Positions 51,646-61,861 are shown, counted from the first letter of the stretch. The stretch is DNA of 64,000 nucleotides from Nitrososphaeria archaeon (GCA_050011875.1 JBEKIG010000004.1:196028-260027), one strand, 5' to 3'. The notes: generated from the sequence alone by a model not told the origin. Program-made: numbers and translations.

Positions 51646-52473
51646 GTGATAAATTTGAGGAGTATGAAGAATAGGCTTAGAGAGCTGATTAAACAGAACA
51701 AGCCGAGTCTGGGAACTCGTATTCTTAGCACATGGCCGGGTGTCATTGAACTTCTCGGCCAGACGGGAACCTTCGATTACGTGGAATTCGTCGCAGAATA
51801 TTCGTCTTGGACGCTTCCCGATCTTGATAACATAGCCAAAACCGCTGAGCTTTACGACATTTCATCCATGATAAAGATCGATGCCATACCCCGAAGTTAC
51901 ATAGCTTCCAAGGCTCTATCATCTGGAATACAGAATTTCCTTTTCGCAGATATAAGAACTGTGGAAGACGCAGAAGAAGCGGTGAAATCTGTAAGAAATG
52001 AACCAAAAGGGATAATGGGTATTGGAAGCTATCGAACAGCAGGTTACGTATTAACCAAATTTTCTGTATCAGACTACAGAAACGCATGCCAAGATGCGGT
52101 AATCGCCGTAATGATTGAAAAGAAAAGTGCAGTCGAACATCTTGAAGAAATACTGTCCATTGATGAGATAGATTTCGTTCAATTTGGTCCATCTGATTAC
52201 GGCCTAAGCATAGGCTTAACCGGCGAACCTGGTTCTACTTGGGGATTTAATAATCAGAAGGTAAAAGAAGCGGAACAGAAAACGATCAAGACAGCATTGA
52301 AAATGGGTAAGCACCCAAGAGTTGAACTACAGACCCTAGACTCTATCCAGCAGTACATCGATTTAGGTGTTACCGACTTCAATATTGGAACTGACATTAG
52401 AGTACTCTACAACTATTGGAAGGAGAAAGGCGACGAATTTAGAAAACTGTTCTCCAATCTTGGAAAGTCCTAA
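51646..52473 (+). CDS. HpcH/HpaI class II aldolase
   Basis: MIEK and FGPSDYGLS motifs. Confidence 0.85.
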   Translation: MINLRSMKNRLRELIKQNKPSLGTRILSTWPGVIELLGQTGTFDYVEFVAEYSSWTLPDLDNIAKTAELYDISSMIKIDAIPRSYIASKALSSGIQNFLFADIRTVEDAEEAVKSVRNEPKGIMGIGSYRTAGYVLTKFSVSDYRNACQDAVIAVMIEKKSAVEHLEEILSIDEIDFVQFGPSDYGLSIGLTGEPGSTWGFNNQKVKEAEQKTIKTALKMGKHPRVELQTLDSIQQYIDLGVTDFNIGTDIRVLYNYWKEKGDEFRKLFSNLGKS

Positions 52474-52502
52474 CTAGAAAGTTTTAATTTATCACTTGCC
52501 AC

Positions 52503-54320
52503 TTAATGATTCGCGATCGGGCGTTTAAAAGAGTACGTGTACGAAGACTTACCTTTCGTATACTTCTCGAGGTGCACGTCTATGAGTGCGGGCTGTCCTC
52601 TTGAAACCATGTTAAAACCCGACCTCAATTTTTCCTCTGCTTCCTCAGGATGTGATAACGTCTCCGCCCTTATCCCAAAAGCTTCGGCTAATTTGGCGAA
52701 GTTGATTCGAGGTTCTTCAATATCAACACATTCATAGTTATTGTTCGATAAAGCTAACTTGAGTGTAGTATCCTCGATGAAAGGCCACTCAATCCCCCAA
52801 CAGGCGTTGTTGAAGACTAGATATAGGACGGGTATGTGGAAGTGGCTACATGTCCAAAGAAAGGAAGCGGGATTGCCGAAGACGAAGTCGCCGTCGCCTG
52901 TCATCGCAACAACCTTCTCATTAGGGCGTGCGAGAGCAACTCCGTAGGCCATAGCCGCTACCGGTCCCAAATGACCTGAAGGGTTTGAGAAGTAGGTGCC
53001 GGGCTTGGTAAGTTTTATGGCCTGGAGAAGTGGCTGCTTCATCGTTATAGTACTGTTCACCCATATAGTGTTTTCATCCCAGAGCTTGCTTATCTCGAAC
53101 GCGACTCTATATATTGAAACAGGATCATCGTCTAGATGTTTCTTCGCTTCTTTGCTCCACTCAGATAGCATATTGTCGTGTCGCAATTTGTTGCGAGCAC
53201 CTCTTTCCATAGCAGTCTGCCTAAACTGAAGATCGATCTTCCTTCGAATAGAAGAAGTTAATTGAGAGAGGATTATAGCGGAGTTTCCGACAAGTCTTAC
53301 ATTAGACGGATAAAGGTTCCCCCCGTAGTCACCACCAGCGCCTCCCTGCAACATTAGCGGATCTGGACCAATAGTTATCACCTTGCAACCCTCTGGTGGC
53401 GAGAATGGATATTCATAATTGGTCTCGATGTACACGAATAAGTCAGCTTCCTTTGCGTACGGGATTTCTCCAAAAGTACTGCTGTAACCTAAAAAGAGGG
53501 GGTGATCCGTTGGAAAATTGAGAAAGTTCCTTCCGTCTAAAATACCACCTCCAAGTACATCAGCAAGGTCTACAAGTTTCTGTACAGCTGAAGCATTTCT
53601 TCCCATATTGGTGGCTAGGATCACGGGGTTTTCTGCCCCAATCAGAAGCTTCACAGCAGCCTCCACGCTTTCCTCATCGGCTACACAAACATTCGTCGAA
53701 AAATCTGACATTTTTAGATGATGAGATGACTGGTTTACCTTGGCGGCCATTAAATCTTGTCTCAGTGTTACGTAGGTTGGCCCCTGTGGTTCAGCCTTAG
53801 CGATCATGAAGGCTTTCATGACGCTCTGAGGGAGTAGATCGAGGTTCGATAACTCATGCCGCCACTTAGTCCAAGGTGTCGGGAGAATGCTTTGCCAGCT
53901 GTTGTAATGGAAAGCATTACGGGGTCCACCATCAGGGTTATGGCCTGAAGCTAGACCTGGCAGGTTCTGTGAAGCAAAGACGATGACAGGTGCATAGTTC
54001 TCATAGGCCGTGTAAAAAGCGCCCAGAGCATTACTTGTCCCTACTACACGGTCGATCAGACAAACCGAAGCCTCTTCCGACGCTAGAGCATATCCAGCGG
54101 CTGCAGAGAGTGAATCGAACTCATGGAGTCCCTGAATCCATATAGGGGGCTTCACCGCTGTAAATGCGTCTTGGATATCGGGCATACCTCCACCTGTGGT
54201 GCCGAAGACATACTTTACTCCTAAGTCTTGTAATAGCCTAAGAAACCATTCTCCACCGGTTCTAGCCCACTGTTCGCTTCCTTGGGTATCTGACGATCCC
54301 AACTTTCTATCATTTTCCAT
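52503..54320 (-). CDS. Thiamine pyrophosphate-dependent enzyme
   Basis: HE motif; GDG...NN ThDP-binding motif. Confidence 0.92.
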   Translation of the reverse strand: MENDRKLGSSDTQGSEQWARTGGEWFLRLLQDLGVKYVFGTTGGGMPDIQDAFTAVKPPIWIQGLHEFDSLSAAAGYALASEEASVCLIDRVVGTSNALGAFYTAYENYAPVIVFASQNLPGLASGHNPDGGPRNAFHYNSWQSILPTPWTKWRHELSNLDLLPQSVMKAFMIAKAEPQGPTYVTLRQDLMAAKVNQSSHHLKMSDFSTNVCVADEESVEAAVKLLIGAENPVILATNMGRNASAVQKLVDLADVLGGGILDGRNFLNFPTDHPLFLGYSSTFGEIPYAKEADLFVYIETNYEYPFSPPEGCKVITIGPDPLMLQGGAGGDYGGNLYPSNVRLVGNSAIILSQLTSSIRRKIDLQFRQTAMERGARNKLRHDNMLSEWSKEAKKHLDDDPVSIYRVAFEISKLWDENTIWVNSTITMKQPLLQAIKLTKPGTYFSNPSGHLGPVAAMAYGVALARPNEKVVAMTGDGDFVFGNPASFLWTCSHFHIPVLYLVFNNACWGIEWPFIEDTTLKLALSNNNYECVDIEEPRINFAKLAEAFGIRAETLSHPEEAEEKLRSGFNMVSRGQPALIDVHLEKYTKGKSSYTYSFKRPIANH

Positions 54321-54627
54321 CTATAAGATCTCTAAGTATTTTATATCTGTTATCACCTATTAAACCTTCTAAAGTTACCAGTACCCCTATTATTTAGTAT
54401 AAAACTCGTTTTTTGATGCATTATAAAACCTTCTCATTGTACTTATTTTATATTCTGCTGATATGTTTACATTACAGGCGGGCCTAGCGGATTCGTAGAC
54501 GTTGGTATTCACTATATTCGACGGCTTCCCATATTGGAGCACCCTTAGAAATCATCCCCTTCACTATTAAATGTCTAACGAATGAAGAATAAATAGAACT
54601 CAGGGTAAAGTTTAATAATTTTAGTCA

Positions 54628-55446
54628 GTGATTCTATACATGGTCAAAAAGATTCTTTATGATGAAATGAGCTGGCCTGAAACTAAGGAAACTGTAAAGC
54701 AGGATCGGATTCCGCTTATACCTGTTGGCTCAACCGAGCAACACGGGCCTCATCTACCTACAAAGACGGACGCTTTTTTAGCCTATGAAGTTTGTAAGTC
54801 TGTGGCAAAAAAGGTACCGGACATTGCTGTGGTTATGCCCACCGTGAATTATGGCTACAACGAACATCATTTGGACTTTCCAGCTACAATACACATAGAT
54901 TATGAAACGCTTATCAGGTTTGTGATAGACATCGGCAAAAGTCTGGGACATCATGGATTCAAACGCATAGTAATAGTAAACGGGCATGGTAGCAACCAGG
55001 CACCCATGGAAATAGCTGCAAGGAGAATAACTCTGGAGACAAAGGCGATCTGTGCTTCGCTTTCATATTTTGCTATCGCCCCTGAGGCTTACAAGCTTTT
55101 GAAAGGCGAATCAGCGCACGCCTGTGACCTTGAAACTTCGATGATGCTCTACCTTTCTCCAGAATCCGTCGACATGAGCAAGGCGGTGAGGGACTGGAGC
55201 TTCCAAAAATCCAAGTTCATTAAATATGGAGTAGAACCAGGTGGCGAATCTTTTGCTGCAGCCGGTGGTACTGTTCAGTTTATGGACTGGTGGAGCAGGA
55301 TGAGCAGGACGGGGATAGTTGGGGACCCTACAAAGGCGGATGCCCAAAGGGGAAAAGAAATGTTCGAGGCCTTTGTAGACAAGACGGCGGAGTTCGTCGC
55401 AGAATTCAGGAGAAGACGGATACCTCCGAGAAAGGACTATCACTGA
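54628..55446 (+). CDS. Creatininase family amidohydrolase
   Basis: GSTEQHGPHLP, NGHGSN and HACDLETS motifs. Confidence 0.93.
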   Translation: MILYMVKKILYDEMSWPETKETVKQDRIPLIPVGSTEQHGPHLPTKTDAFLAYEVCKSVAKKVPDIAVVMPTVNYGYNEHHLDFPATIHIDYETLIRFVIDIGKSLGHHGFKRIVIVNGHGSNQAPMEIAARRITLETKAICASLSYFAIAPEAYKLLKGESAHACDLETSMMLYLSPESVDMSKAVRDWSFQKSKFIKYGVEPGGESFAAAGGTVQFMDWWSRMSRTGIVGDPTKADAQRGKEMFEAFVDKTAEFVAEFRRRRIPPRKDYH

Positions 55447-55651
55447 TCTTTCGAAATTAAAATATACCTTAGTTTTTCTTTCAAAATTTTGCACAGAACT
55501 GGAAACTGAACTAAAATCCTCCAAAAAATCTCAGGTTGATGATAAACTGATGGTAACTCAAAAAATTCTGTATTTTATTTATAATAGAAGTGTGCGTGAT
55601 TAAAGTTTAGCATCGACCCAGTACACTTGTTTCCACTGGAAAAACCCAACA

Positions 55652-56026
55652 TTAATTTGATTCATGCCTGAGCTTTGGGATCAATCGTGGGGTTCGTTGC
55701 ATGTATTCACGATACTTGTCGCCGAACCTATCGATCAGCATAAGCTCCTCCTTACCTATCTGCGCGTAGATAATCGTGATCAGGACAAGGGCCGGCAAAA
55801 GGAGAAGCCAATTGGAGGCCACAAGAGCGAGGGCTACTATGAAGGTGAAGGACCCCAAGTAAATCGGATTCCTAACATAGTGGTACGGCCCGCTCGTCAC
55901 CAGTGTCTCCCTCTTCCTCTCCAAGAACTTCGACGATTCCAGGACATGTACCCAATTCTTACCAAGCGTCCGATAACCCCAGAGTGTGAATGGAATGCTC
56001 AGAGCGGATACGCCGACCATAATTAA
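55652..56026 (-). pseudogene. ICMT/PEMT-family methyltransferase, 3' half of an interrupted gene
   Basis: LGKNW, LVTSGPYHYVRNPIYLG and EELMLIDRFGDKYREY motifs; N-terminus missing here. Confidence 0.9.
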
Positions 56027-56181
56027 TGACAACTATTTTGATATTGGTTATTCCTGGAATCGTATGTATTTTACTAGGTCTATTTTATGACAATGGAGGA
56101 TTTAGTTTTTCTAATAATCTTTAATAATTATTGTTTCATAGATATTTGTAAATTTAGATCGTTCTAAAGTTTAAAAAGAAT

Positions 56182-57234
56182 CTAAACTTTCCCTCCAAGA
56201 GATAAAGGTCGTGCCAAGGTTTTCAAGTCTAGTTGCTTGTCATACAAGTCAAGAAAACGTTTAACAGGCTGTTCATGTCCACGATATTTCTTAGCAACCT
56301 TCAAAAAATCTTTCGCCTGCCATTTTGGTCTTAAGAAAAGGTCACGGAAGTACTGTATTCCGATATCAGCTACTATTGAATAAGCCATGCTAAGAGGAAT
56401 CGAACCTCCAGAAAGTAAATAAACAATTATCCCAAGAAGCCCGTTATAAAAAGCATGTGGACCGTATTTCTTTAGGGGTGACCGCCTCTCTTGCTGTGCT
56501 ACTCGGTAAGCAGCAGAGAAATCAACGAAATTTGGCCAAGATCTTGCCCGTTCCTCGCACCAATTTGCCATCTCGATTTGAATATCCTGTAATCTCTCAG
56601 CTTGTTCTTTTAGGTGAATGCTACTCCTCTCAGAAGGTTTTTCAGAAACTGTTCTAAAGTTACCCCCAATGTTCTGGACAAGCTTATTTATTTTTTTAAA
56701 AATATCAAACAGTTTGATATTCTGTTGATCTGCTATTTTTAATTGTTTAATATATCCTTCTTCAATTAACGTTTTGGGGTTGGGGTAGACACAATTTCTG
56801 CTAACATCAACTATTTTACTAACGTAATTAATGTAGGTGTCAAAAAGTTCGAATAGTCTAGGTGGATAGAAAGGGGTAAGATAAATGTTCAACCAAACAA
56901 TCGTTGTCTTAAAGATTCGTGTGTATAATCTTGCATCAAAAGGGATAGTCCTTGCCTTGGAATCCATAACGCTGAACCCCTCAACGATATCTCCCAAGGT
57001 TCTAGCTTTGAGATATAAAGAAGGAATTATGGGAGTTAAGAGATATAAAGGTAAGTTCATTAAGTTAAATTTCCAATATTTAAAGTTAGGATAGTAAAAT
57101 GCAACAAAATATTCCTTATTTTCAATCTCAATAGGCCCGTAAACGTTAATATGTTCATGACTAGTTTTCAATAAAGATGCCTCGTCTTGGAATACCCTAT
57201 CCATTACTATGCCTCCCAAACGTCTAACTTTCAT
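56182..57234 (-). CDS. 350-aa hypothetical protein with C-terminal hydrophobic hairpin
   Basis: Long ORF with its own TATA box (TATAAATA about 35 nt upstream). Confidence 0.75.
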   Translation of the reverse strand: MKVRRLGGIVMDRVFQDEASLLKTSHEHINVYGPIEIENKEYFVAFYYPNFKYWKFNLMNLPLYLLTPIIPSLYLKARTLGDIVEGFSVMDSKARTIPFDARLYTRIFKTTIVWLNIYLTPFYPPRLFELFDTYINYVSKIVDVSRNCVYPNPKTLIEEGYIKQLKIADQQNIKLFDIFKKINKLVQNIGGNFRTVSEKPSERSSIHLKEQAERLQDIQIEMANWCEERARSWPNFVDFSAAYRVAQQERRSPLKKYGPHAFYNGLLGIIVYLLSGGSIPLSMAYSIVADIGIQYFRDLFLRPKWQAKDFLKVAKKYRGHEQPVKRFLDLYDKQLDLKTLARPLSLGGKV

Positions 57235-57452
57235 CGACTAGGTCAAAGATAATTTCTCTTTAGACAACTATTTATAGTGTTTCTGCCTAAGTTACTTGTC
57301 AAATAAGAAGCCCTTGTTTCGTTAATCCAATAATCGAAAAGTCTATTTGACACGTTCGATGGTTTACATATTCCAATTTAATATCAGATAATATACGAAA
57401 ATGGTTATTTGTTTTTCTGAATCTACTTATTTTGGCTTGGAAAATTATAAAA

Positions 57453-57902
57453 TTAAAGATGATGATAAATTGTCATGATCGAATCTGGTCCATTAAATTC
57501 CACTATCCATTTTTTCATGATTTCCAATCCTATTAAACCATGATCAAGATTTCCCTGAAAACAAATGGCAGCTTCTATGCCCGAGGATGGGGCAATCCAA
57601 TCATCGATTTTGACTATATTTCCAAAACAATAAGTGGCGGAAACTGTTTGACCTGTCGCTACCTTGATATTGGTTGGTGAAAGCCTAACTCCTATTTGTA
57701 GAGGTTCACTTTTATATTGGAAAGGCATGGAAATAGCACCACTATAACCAGTATCAAGCATACATTTAATAGGGATAGAAATTGTTTGTGCATTTTGAGG
57801 ATTAACCATTTTTATTGTGATTCTAACATAATACCCTTTTCTTTCTCCTTTTTTCTTCAGAACAAGCTCCCTTCTATTAATACCAGCCGTCAAAGTAATC
57901 AC
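57453..57902 (-). CDS. Retropepsin-like (clan AA) aspartyl protease
   Basis: MLDTGYSG catalytic motif, ATG flap-like segment and GLIGLE hydrophobic-hydrophobic-Gly motif. Confidence 0.85.
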   Translation of the reverse strand: MITLTAGINRRELVLKKKGERKGYYVRITIKMVNPQNAQTISIPIKCMLDTGYSGAISMPFQYKSEPLQIGVRLSPTNIKVATGQTVSATYCFGNIVKIDDWIAPSSGIEAAICFQGNLDHGLIGLEIMKKWIVEFNGPDSIMTIYHHL

Positions 57903-58398
57903 TACCCACTTTCCATATAAATATTGATAACGATTGTGGGATCATCTGAATTTTTTTCAGTAGATCGACTTTTGTCGGGGCTACTTCTATTACTTGGCCT
58001 TTGAAATTGAATGCTACAAATAACCCATCTTGGAGTTTAAAATGTTGTATTGCATGTTTAGCTATCGATCGCATTAAGTATGTAAAATCCCTCTCTGATA
58101 ATTCCTTTTTATCACGTAGTTTCAAAGTTGATGGCGGAAGATATGGAAAAGGGGTTGGATCAAAGAAGAATTTGATTTCATCTTGTTCTTGGATTAGAGT
58201 AAAATGTTGTTTTCCAGCTCTTGAAAGTGAGGTGTCATGTATGAAAGGATCAGGTTTTTCAAATTCGACTAGTTCGTGTCCTATTTGAGAGACGGCCGAC
58301 GTTTTTTCTATATAACCCTGATAGTAGTCCCTTGTATGATTGCCTACTATTATCTTTTCATTAGGTTGAGTGCTTGCACTAGGTAATAAGCTACTCAA
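57877..58398 (-). CDS. Hypothetical protein with DUF5678-like C-terminal domain
   Basis: GLFVAFNFKGQVIEVAPT...IFIWKVG pattern; overlaps the protease gene. Confidence 0.6.
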   Translation of the reverse strand: MSSLLPSASTQPNEKIIVGNHTRDYYQGYIEKTSAVSQIGHELVEFEKPDPFIHDTSLSRAGKQHFTLIQEQDEIKFFFDPTPFPYLPPSTLKLRDKKELSERDFTYLMRSIAKHAIQHFKLQDGLFVAFNFKGQVIEVAPTKVDLLKKIQMIPQSLSIFIWKVGSDYFDGWY

Positions 58399-59059
58399 GT
58401 TTCATGACCTCAATAATATTCTTAATCAATTCCTTATCTTGTGAAACCCATTTATCCACTTTATCTTTCTCTTTACTTCTAAAAACTACGTTGCAAGCAA
58501 ATTTATTTGGTTGAAGAACATCTGGATATACATCTATATTAAACCATTCTATCTGATTAGGCATAGCATTCTTTGGGCAGAACTTTAAACCGAATAGTTG
58601 AGTAGGAATTGATAGTATATTTTCTATTTTCTGATTGAAAATTATCATATTTGTTAAAAGACCAAACTGTTTTATTGCACTTTCTGTTGCCTGGATTCCA
58701 TAAGAACCTATAGATTCATAAAATTTTACATTGGATTTTAGATTGACTTGAATTTGCTTTTCTACAATGTCAATCAATTCATTAAATGCTTCAACTATCC
58801 TTTCTGAAGATGAACCCTCCAAACCTAATTGGTTATTGATTGTTTCTATATTAACTACAAACTCATTCTTTCTGGCAAAATAACCACTCGCTTGAAAATG
58901 AGCTGGTCGAGGTGGAAGGGATTTTGTAAGGGGTTCAATTTGATAGCCATTTTTTGCAAGAACTTCTCGAAAGTCTCTGATATCTATTGGGAAAAAGACA
59001 TCGTTTGTTACAATAGCTAAAGAAATGTTGTATGTAACTACTAATGGTGAAGTTAACAT
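58391..59059 (-). CDS. Hypothetical alpha/beta protein heading the protease module
   Basis: About 222 aa from ATG 59059; 8-nt overlap with the next gene. Confidence 0.75.
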   Translation of the reverse strand: MLTSPLVVTYNISLAIVTNDVFFPIDIRDFREVLAKNGYQIEPLTKSLPPRPAHFQASGYFARKNEFVVNIETINNQLGLEGSSSERIVEAFNELIDIVEKQIQVNLKSNVKFYESIGSYGIQATESAIKQFGLLTNMIIFNQKIENILSIPTQLFGLKFCPKNAMPNQIEWFNIDVYPDVLQPNKFACNVVFRSKEKDKVDKWVSQDKELIKNIIEVMKLE

Positions 59060-59302
59060 AGTATCCCAACTAAATTCATAATTAATAATTGCCAATTTAA
59101 AAATATTTTCTTTTTCTTCTCACAAGTAGAATTTAAGGAGTTGCATACCCGTTCAGATACAAATCCCGGACGCCGCATTGACTTTGGCGTTATGTGCTAA
59201 AATCATGCTTAATTTATTATTAATTATAATATCCAGATGTCTTTTTTTGGCGTTATGATTTGCCAATGACAAAGGCCTTTTCATTATCTAAAAGAAATTT
59301 GG

Positions 59303-59551
59303 AAAAAATAACAGATCCAAATAGCTGAGCCAGCTTGATTGTTGGTGTTACCTGAACCAGTTTAAGGCCTCGGCACCAGGGTGTTAACTGCAAAATAGTG
59401 CAGGTTAAGGGTTTAAAGAGGGTTTAAACCACCTTGTCTGCCTGAGCTTGGAGTTATTTTAACAGGATTTCCACCTTAATTAATTGGGGAATCGAACAAG
59501 GTAGGCCTGATCCAGCATTTATAGCAAGTGCAGACAGCAAATTTTGAACAT
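59303..59551 (-). ncRNA. Candidate structured non-coding element, copy 2 (conserved core 59337-59551)
   Basis: Same orientation as, and about 92% identical to, 9976-10189; ends in a minus-strand U-tract. Confidence 0.6.
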
Positions 59552-59613
59552 AAGGCATAAAAAAGACGCAAATAATTAATTAAAAAAATAATTAACAGTC
59601 AACTATAGGTTTG

Positions 59614-59871
59614 TTTGAACTAATCAGGCAAAGGAATCGAGAGAAACATAATCCAACTCGGAATTATGATGTAGAGTATTATCCCTCCAAACCAGAAGAG
59701 AGCAAACAGGGCAAGGGCTACGATATGCAACCGACTTTCACGTCGAACCGTCTGGTCAATCGATGGTTTACTCTTCGGCTCCCTTAATGAGTACATTACC
59801 CATGTTATATTAACAATGAAGATAAACCACAGAGTCGAGAAGATAACCCTGAAAAGCAGCTCGTTCGTCAT
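59614..59871 (-). pseudogene. ICMT/PEMT-family methyltransferase, 5' half
   Basis: MTNELLFRVIF...FLSIPLPD*FK, with two TM helices; TAG at 59622-59620. Confidence 0.8.
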
Positions 59872-59881
59872 TGTGGCAGCC

Positions 59882-60277
59882 TTAATCATTATCAGTTTTT
59901 CGTTTGAAATGTGCTAATGAATAGCAAAGTAAATTTGACGCTAGTTCATCGTATTTCTTGCATTGAGCCTTTAACTCATTTAATCCAGCAGGTTCAAAGC
60001 CATAGATCTTGCAATCTCGTTCTAACTGTTGATATTTTACCCAAGCCCTTTCACTTTCTGAAATCTGAAAATCCGTGACCTTATTAAGATCCTCTATTGC
60101 AGAATCTAGTGCGTTCCGATCTGCACCAGTAGAGGATTCATTATGGCTGACTTTTAGTTCTAGCCTGTTCATCTTCTCCTTAATTTTTTCTACAGACCTC
60201 AGGGCCTTCATGTAACTTTTCCTGATGTCTCTCACTTCTTTGTCAATTTGGCTTTGAATCTTGACAACTTCTTGCAA
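59882..60277 (-). CDS. Coiled-coil hypothetical protein
   Basis: 131 aa, helical composition. Confidence 0.6.
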   Translation of the reverse strand: MQEVVKIQSQIDKEVRDIRKSYMKALRSVEKIKEKMNRLELKVSHNESSTGADRNALDSAIEDLNKVTDFQISESERAWVKYQQLERDCKIYGFEPAGLNELKAQCKKYDELASNLLCYSLAHFKRKTDND

Positions 60278-60383
60278 ATCTTTTCTTTCCTTCTATCCAA
60301 TTATTGTTCACAGATTATTTTAGTTTTCCTAAATTTCGAAAACTATTTAATCTTATGAAGTGTCGATAACTTGATGGATAAAT

Positions 60384-61079
60384 ATGGAAGCTACATCTTT
60401 TATGGTCGAGTTTCCGAGCCGAGAGATCGGTAGAAAAACCCGGGGTTTTTTGGCGAGACCGAAGGAAGCTGGAAGGCATCCTGCAGTCATAGTGATTCAT
60501 GAGATATGGGGTCTAGTTGACAATATTAAGGATATAAGTAATAGACTTGCCGCCGAGGGCTACGTAGCCCTTGCTGTCGACCTATTTGACGGTGAAACTG
60601 TTTCAAAATTAGAAGAGGGTCGCAAAATACGCGAAAAGTTTACAGAAGAGAAGATTCTAGGAGACCTAAACGGTGGATACGACTATCTCAAAACTCTCAA
60701 CTATGTGAGCCCCACGCGAATAGGCAGTGTCGGTTTCTGCATGGGAGGTGGGCTTTCACTTCTATCTGCCTGCCTCAATAAAGAACTGGCGGCCTCAGTT
60801 GTATTTTATGGTAGGAACCCTTCACCTATTGATTTAGTGAAGAACATAAAGTGCCCGATCTTAGGTAATTATGCAGGAGCCGATTTGGGTATAACAGAAT
60901 CAGATATTAAGCTATTAGAACAGACTCTAACTAAATATGGAAAGACATTCGACATCAAAGTCTACCCAGGTGCTCCACACGGCTTCTTTAACGACACTAG
61001 AGAAAGTTATAGACCTGATGCTGCCAAAGACGCTTGGAACAGAACCCTTAAGTTTTTCAGCAAATATCTGAATATCTAA
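60384..61079 (+). CDS. Dienelactone hydrolase family protein
   Basis: HEIWG, GFCMGG and PHGF motifs. Confidence 0.93.
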   Translation: MEATSFMVEFPSREIGRKTRGFLARPKEAGRHPAVIVIHEIWGLVDNIKDISNRLAAEGYVALAVDLFDGETVSKLEEGRKIREKFTEEKILGDLNGGYDYLKTLNYVSPTRIGSVGFCMGGGLSLLSACLNKELAASVVFYGRNPSPIDLVKNIKCPILGNYAGADLGITESDIKLLEQTLTKYGKTFDIKVYPGAPHGFFNDTRESYRPDAAKDAWNRTLKFFSKYLNI

Positions 61080-61258
61080 AGGACTATGAACAAGAAAAAA
61101 GGATTACACCCAATGTTGGAACTGTCTTTCAATCTTAAATACATAATTGTTTCTTGACTTCTATATTTGGTCTTTTTATCAATTTGTCGATGCATAAATT
61201 GTTCTTCAAAACTTTCCGAACGATTGGGTTTTTAATTTTAATAGGATATATACCCAAG

Positions 61259-61861
61259 TCACCGTCGTCTCCCAATTGTTACAAGCAGGAACCCCGACAT
61301 CCGCCGTCGTTGTGCTTGAACATCTAAGCCAGCCCGAGCAAAGATTTCGCGTATTATGGCCGGGTCATTGGTTCGGAAATGATGGACGATTTTCGACAAT
61401 CCGAAAGGCATCGAAATGTCGGCGAGGAAGAAGTATCCTCCTGGACGTAGAACACGCACGATCTCGTGTATACCCTGCTCTTGATCGAGCCAGTGATGAA
61501 AAGAAAGGGTACTAAAGATGAGGTCAACTGAGGCATCGGGTAGAGGAAGCGATTCTGCCATGCTTATGTAGAATGTGGCGTAAGGCATCAGTTGGCGGGC
61601 CTTCTCCACCATACCTTCTGCCGGGTCAACTCCCATCAGCCGCGCCATATGCCAGCGTTCCCTGACTTTGCGGAGTAGTCGCCCTGTCCCGCAACCGACA
61701 TCCAAGATACTTTCTGGGTTGGCTCCGCTATCGACCATATTCAGCACTGCTTTATGTACCCGGTCGAAAAAAAACCACTGTTCTAATGAAGTTTCATACG
61801 TCTGTGACCTTCGGTTAAATTCTTGAATGTCGTCGGTCTTCTGTTTTGTGACCATAATCAA
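61259..61861 (-). CDS. Class I SAM-dependent methyltransferase
   Basis: ILDVGCGTG, SFHHW and RVLRPGG motifs. Confidence 0.92.
   Translation of the reverse strand: MIMVTKQKTDDIQEFNRRSQTYETSLEQWFFFDRVHKAVLNMVDSGANPESILDVGCGTGRLLRKVRERWHMARLMGVDPAEGMVEKARQLMPYATFYISMAESLPLPDASVDLIFSTLSFHHWLDQEQGIHEIVRVLRPGGYFFLADISMPFGLSKIVHHFRTNDPAIIREIFARAGLDVQAQRRRMSGFLLVTIGRRR

Larger units (their letters stand above)
56027..59613 (-). mobile_element. ~3.6-kb AT-rich insertion in the ICMT gene (island 2)
   Basis: The two gene halves rejoin in frame when it is removed. Imperfect terminal direct repeats; no transposase. Confidence 0.8.

Noticed and set aside
59450-59551. Short peptide encoded within the 215-nt repeat
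   Set aside because: Differences between the two copies are mostly non-synonymous in the longest open frame, and all frames examined stop early.
56027-59613. Classical IS, composite transposon or integron
   Set aside because: No transposase or integrase, no terminal inverted repeats, and no canonical attC (RYYYAAC..GTTRRRY) recognised.
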